A stretch of DNA of 64,000 nucleotides, from positions 139,438,001 to 139,502,000 of the forward strand of contig JBNRSN020000003.1 in the NCBI GenBank assembly GCA_051313645.2. The letters run 5' to 3'. The stretch comes from Centroscyllium fabricii (lineage: Eukaryota). Below are positions 25,509 through 36,847 of this stretch, piece by piece. Both the position numbers and the translations under genes were made by a program. Numbering within the stretch: the stretch's first letter is position 1; each line of letters begins with the position of its first letter. The notes beneath the pieces were generated by a model. That model saw nothing but the letters and a program-made list of their open reading frames with translations, searched no databases and was not told the DNA's origin.

Positions 25509-27085
25509 ATGGACAGCGGTGCCACCGTCCCCGCAATGGAGAGCGGTGCAGTTAAACCAGAGAAACTGTACATCAGTCCCCAGGACCCTGCCGCCGCCAC
25601 CACGTTCGAACACTGGTTCGGCCTCCTGGAGGCCTACATGGACGCCGCCAAGGCTACAACAGACGGGAACAAGTTACAGGTCCTCCGGTCGAGGATCTCC
25701 AGCAGGGTATTCTCCCTCATCAGAAATGCCTCAACCTACCCAGCGGCTGTGGAGAAGCTAAGAAAATGCTACGAGCGCCCGGTCCATTCGGTCTACGCCA
25801 GACATGTGCTTGCAACCAGATCGCAGCTACCGGGTGAGACTAACGAGCAGTTCGAGCAAGCGCTCCAGGCCCTGGTATGGGTCTGTGGCTGCCAAGCAAG
25901 AACGGCTGAAGAGGAGGCGAATCTCCTCGTTCGCGATGCATATGTAACTGGACTAAGGTGTGTGGAAGCCCGCCAGCGGCTGCTGGAGAAAGACACTTTG
26001 TCCCTCGAGGATGCGATTACAATATCTAATTCAGTAGAGGGGGCCCGAAACAAATTGCAGGCGTACAGCGGCACTAACCCGCATGCCTACGACATATGGG
26101 CCGCGCCACAACGGGCCCAGGTCTGGGCAGCACCACAACGGGTCAAGACTCCCACGATGGATGCGACAGCCACCAAAGATAAGCGCTGTTACTTCTGCAA
26201 CCAGGGACTGCACCCAAGAGCGAGATGCTCAGCCAGGACAGCGACCTGCGAGAGGTGCGCCAAGAAAGGACATTATGCTAAGGCCTGCAGATCAGCTCCA
26301 GCAGCGCCTAGCTCAAGGTACAACAGTGCAGCCTGTGAGAGCACCGACAGACACCAGGTAAGCTGCAATAGCAGCGCGATCCAGCGACGGTCCGGGGGTA
26401 GAAGACAAGCGCCCCCATCTCCCACCCCGATGCGGCAAAGGCCGGCCAAGCGCGACCCCCCAACGCGGCCGGCTGCGTGCGAATCACGGGCACCGCCAAC
26501 CCGACCACCGCGGCTCGCTGCGTGCGAATCATGGGCACCGCCAACCCAGTCACCGCGGTCCGCTGCGTGCGAATCACGGGCGCCGCCAGCGCGCTCACAG
26601 CGGCCCACCATGTGCGACCCCTCGGCGCCGCCATATTGTCTCCAGGGCCCCACCATGTGCGAGCTAGGGGTGCCGCCATTTTGTATCCAGGGCCCCACCA
26701 TGTGCGAGCCAGGGGCGCCGCCATTTTGTCTCCAGGGCCCCACCATGTGCAAACCAGGGGCGCCGCCATTTTGTGTACAGCCCCGACCAGCAGGGGGCCC
26801 ACACACACGGAAGCACACGGCTGCTTCAGCCAGACCTAGAGTGAACCAGGACAGGCCACATACCCTGTCTAACTCCATTATGCCTATTAAGATAAACGGC
26901 TATACTGTGAACTGTCTGTTTGACACTGGAAGCACGGAGAGCTTTGTACATCCCGATACAGTGCAGCGCTGCGGACTGCAGGTCCTGCCCACAAACTACC
27001 AAGTCTCCTTAGCTTCACAGTCCCACACCGCGGACGTCACCGGCTACTGCTCCGTCATGCTCACAGTCAAGGGGTGTGTGTACCA
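25509..27085 (+). pseudogene. gag-PR of element B
   Basis: Open from ATG 25509 through the zinc knuckles and LFDTGS up to the insertion of element C. Confidence 0.9.
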
Positions 27086-27461
27086 TGTGACCTGAAATAA
27101 CGACCTCGAGGACGAGTAGTTAGATGAAGAAACAATTAGGCTTTTATTGACTACAAACTGGAACATGCACCAGCTAGTCGACTGTCCCCAGGTATGGCTG
27201 GGGGATGGGTGGTAGCCACTTATATACCTCCTCCAGGGAGGGAGGAGTCGTGGGTGGAGCCAACCTGGGCATGTCCCAGTAATCACATTACAGTACAGGT
27301 ATTACATCGATACATAACGGTACATGTCAGTTAACTATATACATATGATAAACGGGTTTATCACATTCACCCCTTCTTTAAAACGAAAGTCCGGCGGGGT
27401 GAAAAGAAAAAATTCTTTAATCAACAAAAGTCCGGCGGGGTGAAAAGGAAAAGTTCTTTAA

Positions 27462-30400
27462 TTATAGATTAACTCGTTCCGGCGGTTTGGTGATCCTCGT
27501 CGATCGTCGCACCGCTGGTGGTGTCCGTGGTCGCGGGGTGGCTGGCCGGGTCGGTTGCTGTGGTGGTGCTGGTGCCGGTTGACGAGCGGTGGTCGTTAAA
27601 TTATTACTTCTGGGTGGTAGTGCCCTTGTTCTGACAGCAGGGGGCGCGCTCTCTCCTTCGTCCTCTGACTCTAGGGGGCGCGCGCTGTGGATCCAAGCTG
27701 GAGGCCACGCCGTGCTGCTCGCAGGTGCCGTGCGGGCGTACTGGGGTACTGGGTCCATGTGCCGGGGAGCGTACCTTGGCGTCGGTGGCTGGGGGAGCGT
27801 AACAGGACGCTTTGGGTGCGCGGGCTGCTGAGCGGGGCTTCTTGGGTGCGCGGGCTGCTGAGCGGGGCTTCTTGGGTGCTTGGGCTGCTGAGCGGGGCTG
27901 GGTTTGGGGACTCCCGCTGGTGCCAGGTCCTTTATGGACACGGTGTCCTCCCTCCCGTCGGGGTACGCCACGTAGGCGTACTGGGGATTGGCGTGCAGGA
28001 GGTGGACCCGTTCGACCAGGGGATCTGCCTTGTGTCCCCTCACGTGCTTCCGTAGCAGGACCGGTCCCAGGGATAGCAGCCACGATGGTAGCGAGGTCCC
28101 GGAAGCTGATTTCCTGGGGAAGGCAAAAAGTCTTTCGTGAGGGGTGGCATTAGTGGCAGTACACAGGAGGGAGCGGATAGAGTGGAGCGCTTCAGGGAGG
28201 ACGTCCTGCCAGCGGGTGACTGGGAGGCCTTTAGACCGTAGGGCTAACAGGGTGGCCTTCCAGACAGTGGCGTTCTCCCTCTCTACCTGTCCGTTCCCCC
28301 GGGGGTTGTAGCTGGTAGTCCTGCTAGTCGCGATGCCTTTCGCTAGCAGAAACTGACGCAGCTCGTCACTCATAAAAGAGGCCCCCCGGTCACTATGAAT
28401 ATAGTTGGGATAGCCGAACAGGGAGAAGATACTATTGAGGGCTTTGATGACGGTGGCGGAGGTCATGTCCGGGCAGGGGATGGCGAAGGGGAAGCGGGAG
28501 TACTCGTCAATTATGTTGAGGAAGTACATGTTCCTGTTGGATGAGGGAAGGGGCCCTTTGAAATCGACACTGAGTCGTTCAAAGGGGCGAGTGGCCTTGA
28601 TCAAGTGCGCCCGGTCTGGCTGGTAGAAGTGCGGCTTGCACTCCGCGCAGACCTGGCAATTGCTGGTCAGGGTCTTGACCTCCTCGATGGAGTAGGGGAG
28701 GTTGCGGGACTTCACGAAGTGAACCAACCTGGTGACCCCCGGGTGGCAGAGGTCATTGTGAAGGGTTTGGAGACGGTCAGCCTGTGCGCTGGCACAGGTA
28801 CCGCGGGATAGGGCGTCTGGGGGTTCGTTAAATTTCCCGGGCCGGTACAAGATATCATAATTGAATGCAGAGAGTTCAATTCTCCACCTCAATATCTTGT
28901 CGTTCTTGATTTTACCACGTTCCTTGTTGTTGAACATGAACGCGACTGATCGTTGGTCAGTCAGCAGGGTAAAACGCTTGCCGGCCAGGTAGTGCTTCCA
29001 GTGCCGCACTGCTTCAACGATGGCCTGGGCCTCCTTCTCGACTGAGGAGTGTCGGGTCTCGGGGCCTTGGCGGGTACGCGAGAAGAAGGCCACGGGTCTG
29101 CCCGCCTGGTTAAGGGTGGCGGCCAGGGCAAAGTCCGATGCATCGCTCTCCACTTGGAACGGGACGGACTCATCTACAGCGTGCATCGTGGCTTTGGCAA
29201 TATCGTTTTTAATTCTGCAGAATGCCGAGTTGGCTTCTGCAGACAGGGGAAAAGAGGTTGATTTGAGTAGTGGGCGAGCTTTGTCCGCGTAGTTGGGGAC
29301 CCACTGGGCATAGTAAGCGAAAAATCCCAAGCACCGTTTAAGGGCCTTGGGGGAGTGGGGGAGGGGGAGCTCCATGCGGGGGCGCATGCGGTCCGGGTCG
29401 GGACCGATGACCCCATTCTCCACAACGCTGCCGATGATGGCCAGGCGGGTGGTGCTAAACACACATTTTTCGGTGTTGTAAGTTAAGTTCAGCGTTTTGG
29501 CGGTGTGGAGAAACTTTTGGAGGTTGGCGTCATGGTCCTGCTGATCATGGCCGCAGATGGTCACATTATCGAGGTACGGGAAGGTAGCTCGCAGCCCGTA
29601 CCGATCAACCATTCGGTCCATCTCCCTTTGGAAGACCGAGACCCCATTCGTGACGCCAAACGGGACCCTAAGAAATTGGTAGAGGCGACCGTCAGCCTCG
29701 AAGGCTGTATAGAGACGGTTCTCTGAGCGGATGGGAAGCTGGTGATAGGCAGATTTAAGATCTATGGTGGAGAAGACTTTAAATTGCGTGATCTGGTTCA
29801 CCATGTCCGCTATCCGGGGGAGGGGGTAGGCATCTAGTTGGGTGAACCGGTTTATAGTCTGGCTGTAGTCCACAACCATCCGGTTCTTCGCTCCGGTTTT
29901 GACCACCACTACCTGCGCCCTCCAGGGGCTATTACTGGCCTCGATGACCCCTTCTTTTAGGAGGCGCTGCACCTCGGACTTTATAAAATCCATGACCCAG
30001 CACTGTAGAGCCTACACTTGGTGGCGACGGGCTTGCAGTCTGGGGTGAGGTTGGCAAAGAGGGATGGAGGGGCGACCTTAAGGGTCGAGAGGCTACAGGT
30101 AGCGCATTGGGGGTGCCGCGCTGGGCTGCGGTTTCTAACCGTAAGCGAGGGAAGGGGCCCACCGAACGCCATAGTAGCGCTCTGGAGATGGCACTGGAAA
30201 TCCAGTCCCAGGAGTAAGGGGGCGCAGAGCTGCGGCAGCACGTAAAAGCTAAAATTATTGAACAGCGCGCCCTGGACATTGAGTGCTACTGCGCAGCTGT
30301 AACCGGATTGATGTAACGGAATGAGGGCGGGGCCCAAATGCAGAGACACTGAAACGTCTTTTATAACAAAACTCCTTTATAACAAAACCCCATAGAATAG

Positions 30401-32620
30401 TATAACATACAAATATATAGTACACATATTAAACACAAGTCTAACTAAAGACTGGCACAGAACTTCCCAAAATAGTGAGAAATGGGTAGAGGGGTGCCAC
30501 GCAACAAAGCGCGTCATTTTCCCTAGGAATATAAGTCCAGGCATCACTGTCCAACTTAAACGAGTCTTCCTCTATAAGCAGGACATCACAATCCAACTGC
30601 TTTAAGAGAAACGAACAAGTTCTCCTCTGCGAGTAGGACATCACAATACAACTCCCCGTAGAGGATTTGGGAACAGCTTCTGCATACCAGGTATCAAATG
30701 TCCAAACCTATGTTCGGATGAAAATGAAACAAATGTCCAAGTAGTAGATTCAGATCCACAAGCAGGGGAACGCCCTTACTCAACATATGAATTGTCCATG
30801 CCTGAGTTCCAGATAGCAGGGCGCAATGTCAAGGCAGAGTGATCTGAGCTCCAACCCCATTGCCCCTCTTAAGCAACTCAGCCTGTGCTGCCGGTGGCTG
30901 AACTCAATGTCCTGACAGATGACAACTAGAAAGTCACTGGAGACTACTCAACAGCCAGTCTCACTCTAGCTGCTCAAGCTAGTCTCACCCTAGCCGAGTG
31001 GTCCAAAGGGAATCCGTCCTCAATCGGGCAAGGGAAAGTCCAAAACCATAGCCCCTCCAGGAGCACAGAAGCAGCAACCACTCCCTCCAGTGGCTTGTAG
31101 AATGTGTAATAGAAGTCCAGTACATACATACAATGATCCCGCCCTGCTCTCATCACAACCTCCAGCTTATGAACTAAAACCAGCCAACATACAATTTGGT
31201 GATAGCCAATAACCTGAAGGCAATGAGAACAGGAACCCAACAAGCAATTGACACAGATAATAGAATAAATAATGAAATAACAGGGGAACCCAGTCCTCAA
31301 AACAGGTGTGAAACACAACAAAACTGTTTTGAATTCTTAAAGGGACAGGCACCCTGTGACAGCAGCGCCCGGAGACGTCTGCAGATTCTGACTTGGAAGC
31401 CATGGATATTCTCTGGCGCGCAGGTATTACTTTAAGAGAGAGACGCTTTACAGTATTAGGATTAATAAAACTTACTGTGCTCCCACTGTCGAACAGGCAC
31501 ACCACCTCTTGACCATTAACTTCCACCGGCATCATTGATTTTTCCAGTGGCTGAGTCTTGTCTTGATCGAGGGTCACCGATGCCAATACTGGATCAGCCG
31601 ATTCGTCTTGATCCGAAGATTTTTCCAGTGACTGAGTCTTGTCCTGGTCGAGGGTCACCGATGCCAATACTGGGTCAGCCGATTCGTCTTGATCCGAAGA
31701 GTAGTCCTCCGGGGCCGGTCCCTAAGATGGCTGCCGCCATGCGGTGTACTGTGGAGGGGGTGGCTGAGTCCAATATGGTGACTGCTGCCACGAGGGGTGC
31801 TGAGTGGGGGATGGGTGAGCCCAATATGGCTGCTCCCATGTTCCACATGCGGCGCTGCCCGGTTTTGATTTTGTGGTGGCTTTACAGATCTTTGCATAGT
31901 GTCCTTTCTTCCCACATTTCGAACAGGCCGCTTCTCTAGCAGGGCAGTTACGTCTCGGGTGCTGAGACTGCCCACAAAAGTAACATTTGGCCGCCGTCTT
32001 CGCGTGGGCGGCTGCAATCAATTCTTCTGCCGGTCATTGCGCCGGCGTTGTCCAAGATGGCGGGGCTGGGCCCGTGTCATTACTCGAATAGGATGACAGA
32101 TTTAGTGAGGCCACATCCAGCGCATTCCCAGGTCCGCGGTTGCCTGCAGGTCAAGGCCGTTCTGCTCTAGCAGCCTCTGTCTTACATAGTCCGACCTGAG
32201 GCCTGTTACATATGCATCTCTAATGAGACTGTCTGCATGGACCGGGGCCGTTAGCGCTCTGCAGTCACAGGCCTGCGACAGTATTCTCAGAGCTCTTAGG
32301 AACTCCACGCTTGACTCAACAGGTTGCTGTTTTCTGGTGGCAAGGATATGCCTAGCGTGGACGATATTGGGTGCCCGATTGTACTCAGCTTTGAGAATCC
32401 TGATGGCATCCAAGTAAGATGAGGCGTCCATGATCATGGAGTACACCTGAGGGCGCACCCGGGCGTTGAGGAGCCGTCGTTTGTCCTCTTCGGTCACCAC
32501 GACCGCTGCGTTCACTTTTAGGTATGCATCGAAGACACTGTGCCAGTGTGTAAAAATGTTCGATGCGCCTGGTGTTCGGGGGTCCAATTGAAACGTTGCT
32601 GGCTTGAGCATGGTATCCAT
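27462..32620 (-). pseudogene. gag-pol of element C; RT-RNase H-IN open over 27462-29993
   Basis: 843-aa ORF with YLDNVT, VESDASD, HSDRG; gag and PR frameshifted and interrupted by a solo LTR; tandem duplication of about 79 bp at 31538-31699. Confidence 0.92.
30298..31361. mobile_element. Solo LTR (1064 bp) inserted in the protease region of C
   Basis: TGTAAC...GTGACA termini; 5-bp TSD GCAGC. Confidence 0.9.
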
Positions 32621-32628
32621 TTTCAAAA

Positions 32629-32641
32629 GTAGTCAATAAAA
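32629..32641 (-). promoter_or_regulatory. Non-tRNA (self-complementary) PBS of element C
   Basis: TTTTATTGACTAC on minus is complementary to LTR GTAGTCAATAAAA (plus 32699-32711). Confidence 0.8.
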
Positions 32642-32927
32642 TTGTGACCTGAAATAACGACCTCGAGGACGAGTAGTTAGATGAAGAAACAATTAGGCTT
32701 TTATTGACTACAAACTGGAACATGCACCAGCTAGTCGACTGTCCCCAGGTATGGCTGGGGGATGGGTGGTAGCCACTTATATACCTCCTCCAGGGAGGGA
32801 GGAGTCATGGGCGGAGCCAACCTGGGCATGTCCCAGTAATCACATTACAGTACAGGTATTACATCGATACATAACGGTACATGTCAGTTAACTATATACA
32901 TATGATAAACGGGTTTATCACATACCA

Positions 32928-35612
32928 TAATTTTAAATTGTATACCCTCCAGCAGTTGTGTGCCCCAGCCTTACTAGGTTTAGATTTCCAGTGCCACCTC
33001 AAGAGCGTGACAATGGAGTTCGGCGGGACCTTGCCCCCCTCACCGTCAGTAGCCGGGACAATCCCTTCCCAAAGCGGAGCCCGGCCTGCGGCCTCTCTAC
33101 CCTGAAAATCGACCCCCCCTCGCTGTTCGCCAACCTCGACCCCAAGTGCAAACCTATTGCCACAAAGAGTCGGCAGTACAGTGTGGGGGATCGCACGTTT
33201 ATCAGGTCGGAGGTCGGGCGGATGCTGAAGGAGGGGATAATTGAAGCCAGCACCAGCCCCTGGCGTGCCCAAGTTGTAGTGGTGAAGTCTGGCGAGAAAC
33301 AACGGCTGGTGATCGATTACAGCCAGACTATCAACCGCTACACCGGGCTCGACGCCTACCCCCTTCCCCCCATCTCGGAAATGGTCAATCAGATCGCCCA
33401 GTACAAGGTATTCTCCACGATCGACCTTAAATCGGCGTATCATCAGCTCCCGATCCGGAAAGCCGACCGCCCCTACACCGCCTTCGAGGCGAACAGTCGG
33501 CTCTACCACTTCCTCCGGGTCCCCTTTGGCGTGACCAACGGAGTGTCAGTGTTCCAGCGGGAGATGGACCGTATGGTTGACCAAAATGAGTTGCAAGCCA
33601 CCTTCCCCTACCTGGACAACGTGACCATCTGCGGCCACGACCAGCAGGACCACGATGCCAATCTGGCCAGATTTCTCAACACGGCAGATAAGCTGGACCT
33701 CACGTATAACAAAGACAAATGTGTCTTTAATACAGACCGGCTCGCCATCCTCGGATACGTGGTGGAGGACGGGGTCCTCGGCCCCGACCCACAGCGTATG
33801 CAACCCCTTCAGGAACTGCCCCTACCTCACAACCCCAAAGCCTTGAGGAGATGCCTAGGATTTTTCTCCTATTATGCACAATGGGTCCCACAGTTCGCAG
33901 ACAAGGCTAGACCACTCCTCAAGGCTGCCGTTTTCCCCCTTTCGGTAGAAGCCCAAACGGCATTCACCCGGATAAAGGAAGACATCATCAAGGCAACCAT
34001 GCTCGCTGTTGATGAATCCATCCCTTTCCAGGTGGAGAGTGACGCTTCGGACTTTGCCCTTGCTGCCACCCTGAATCAGGCAGGCAGGCCCATAGCGTTT
34101 TTCTCCCGCACCCTACAGGGACCCGAAACTCGCCACTCAGCAGTGGAAAAGGAGGCCCATGCCATCGTGGAGGCCGTGCACTACTGGCGTCATTACCTGG
34201 CCGGTAAGCGTTTTACCCTGCTCACCGACCAACGGTCGGTCGCGTTTATGTTTAATAATAAACAATGGGGAAAATCAAGAATGATAAGATCCTGCGGTGG
34301 CGGATCGAACTCTCGACTTACGAGTATGACATTCTTTACCGACCAGGCAAACTCAATGAACCCCCGGACGCACTGTCCAGGGGAACGTGCGCCAGTGCCC
34401 AGCTAGACCGGCTGAAGGACCTCCACGACCGCCTTTGCCACCCGGGTGTCACCAGACTCGCCCACTTTGTCAGATCCCGTAGCCTCCCCTACACCATCAC
34501 GGAGATCAAGGCTATGACCCGAGAGTGCCCTGTCTGTGCCGAGTGCAAACCCCACTTTTTCCGGCCAGACACGGCGCACCTCATCAAGGCCACCCGCCCC
34601 TTTGAACGTCTCAGCGTGGACTTCAAAGGCCCCCTCCCCTCCTCCGACCGCAACTCATACTTCCTCACGGTAGTAGATGAGTTCTCCCGCTTCCCTTTCG
34701 CCTTCCCCTGCGCAGATATGACGAGCGCAACGGTGATAAAACACTTCACCACGCTGTTCGCCATTTTCGGTCTCCCCAGCTACATCCATAGTGACCGGGG
34801 GTCATCGTTCATGAGCGATGAACTGCGTCAGTTTCTGCTCCAGAAAGGGCTTGCCACGAGCAGAACGACCAGTTATAACCCCCGGTGGAACGGCCAGGTA
34901 AAAAGGGAGAATGGGATCATTTGGAAGGCGGTCACCCTGTCTCTGAAGTCCAGAGTCCTTCCAGTGTCCCATTGGCAGGCAGTCCTCCCAGACGCGCTGC
35001 ACTCTATACGCTCTCTCTTATGTAAAACTACTAACACCACCCCGCACGATCTGATTTTTTCCTTCCCCAGGAAATCGACTTCGGGGACAGCTCTCCCTCC
35101 ATGGCTGACGACACCGGGGCCGGTCTTCCTTAGGAGACATGTCCGGAGCCACAAAGACCGACCCCCTGGTGGATAAGGTGCAGCTCCTACACGCAAACCC
35201 ACATTACGCATTTGTGCAGTTCCCGGACGGGCGGGAGGACTCCGTGTCCATCAGGGACCTGGCGCCCGCAGGAAGCACCACCGCGGAGCCCCTGGTCGGC
35301 CAGCAGGCCACTCAGCCACTGTATCCAGAGCACCCACCAGGCATACGATGGCCCCCGAGTTTTCCAGAGCCCCAGCAGTGGCCAGTGCAGGACCACCATC
35401 CGGACGGCTTGGACCAGCTGGACCCATCGCCACCAGAAGCCACGGTACCTGAGCAACGGTCACCACTGGCGGACTCGAGTGGCATCGACCAGGAGGCAAC
35501 ACCACCACCACCACCAGAACGCCGGCGGTCCTCCAGGCAGACACGACCGCCGGACAGACTGATTGTTAACTGTTCGGTCCATTCACCCCCCCCCCCGGAC
35601 TTAAATTTTTAA
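32928..35612 (+). pseudogene. pol remainder of element B (RT, RNase H, IN) with frameshifts
   Basis: ORFs 32958-34406, 34265-35176 and 35139-35612. Confidence 0.9.
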
Positions 35613-35900
35613 GAAGGGGTGAATGTGGTAACCATGTTATATACTGAATTTACCACTGTATTATTGTGCCAATAATGGGCTGTGCTTATGTAAGGCACAG
35701 CCCTGTAACCTGTGTAATACTGTTGGGAGCCAGGTCAGCCACACCTCTAACTCCTCCCCCAGGTGAGGCCCCTTATAGGTGGAAACTGACCGAGGCTCCT
35801 CATTCCTGTGCAGATGTTCGTTCGGAGGGTAGCTCCAAGCTTAGCGATTAAAAGCCTTTAGTTACGGTAACTACTCGTCGTCTCTTTTAATCAGAGGTAT

Positions 35901-36847
35901 TGTCATAGATGGAATTCTCCTTTAAGGATTCCATCTTTAAATTCTATGTCTGTTCTCTGTTTAATTCATTATACCTCGTTTTCCAGTAAATACAGCTAAT
36001 TGTACCTCGTTTATTGTTTAGTGCAATTAAGGGGACTGAGCTAATTAATCAATTTAGCTTGAGCTGTATTTAAGCTTTGGGTTGGCAACAGGAGATGGCC
36101 GGATCGTTGTATCTACTACTAGGAAGCAGATGTGCTGTGCTAGCTCCGTGGAGGCAGTCTAATGTGGGGTGTTCCCCTGCTTGTAGAAGAAATGGATTCT
36201 CCTTCTGAAAACTCTGTTGGAGTGAGTCCCCTCGGTGGAGCGGACCCTGGAGAATTCCTGTTTCTACATTCTGGACATTGCTCTCTATCACCTGAACTCA
36301 GGTTTGGACATTGATGCTGATTTACTATGATGTAAGTGTTCGTTTCCTGGCTGGCTGGGCCAGTCAAGATTGTGTGAAGAAAAACTTGTTCCAGTTCCTA
36401 AAACTCTCTGATGAAGTAGTCGTTGTAAAAGGTTCTACTCACAGAAGAAAGCTTGTTCCAGTTCCTAAAACTCTCTGATGAAGTAGTCGTTGTAAAAGGT
36501 TCTACTCACAGAGGAAAGCTTGTTCCACTCTGATGAAGTAGTCGTTGTAAAAGGTTCTACTCACAGAAGAAAGCTTGTTTCCAGTTCCTAAAACTCTCCG
36601 ATGAAGTAGTCGTTGTAAAGGGTTCTACTCACAGAAGAAAATCTTGTTCCAGTTCCTAACTTCCTTGATGCTCTTCGCTGAGTGTCCTGGGGGTCCGAAG
36701 CGTATTACGAATGTCGTTGATCTCTGTATTGTAATATTTGACTGTATGTGTATATATATGTTTTGGCAAATTGGGGAAATAAAGGAATCTTAGCTCTAGA
36801 CTGTTGTCCAGTGTCTTGCATTTGGGCCCCACCACCCAAACATTACA
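35901..36847 (+). mobile_element. Solo LTR (947 bp) inserted in the 3' LTR of B
   Basis: TGTCAT...ATTACA; TSD GGTAT; AATAAA near 36778. Confidence 0.92.
36376..36660 (+). repeat. Tandem repeat, unit about 67 bp, about 4.4 copies, inside the solo LTR
   Basis: GAAGAAAGCTTGTTCCAGTTCCTAAAACTCTCTGATGAAGTAGTCGTTGTAAAAGGTTCTACTCACA; units start at 36376, 36444, 36511, 36566 and 36634. Confidence 0.9.

Larger units (their letters stand above)
27086..32922 (-). mobile_element. Gypsy LTR retrotransposon C (same pol lineage, different LTR) inserted antisense in B
   Basis: 280-bp LTRs 27086-27365 and 32643-32922; TSD TACCA; PPT AAAGAAGGGGTGAA on minus. Confidence 0.96.

Noticed and set aside
36376-36660. 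CRISPR-like array or tandem hammerheads (CTGATGA...GAAA)
   Set aside because: No unique spacers and a eukaryotic LTR context; seven extra nt separate the putative stem II from GAAA, and no stem I/III was found.
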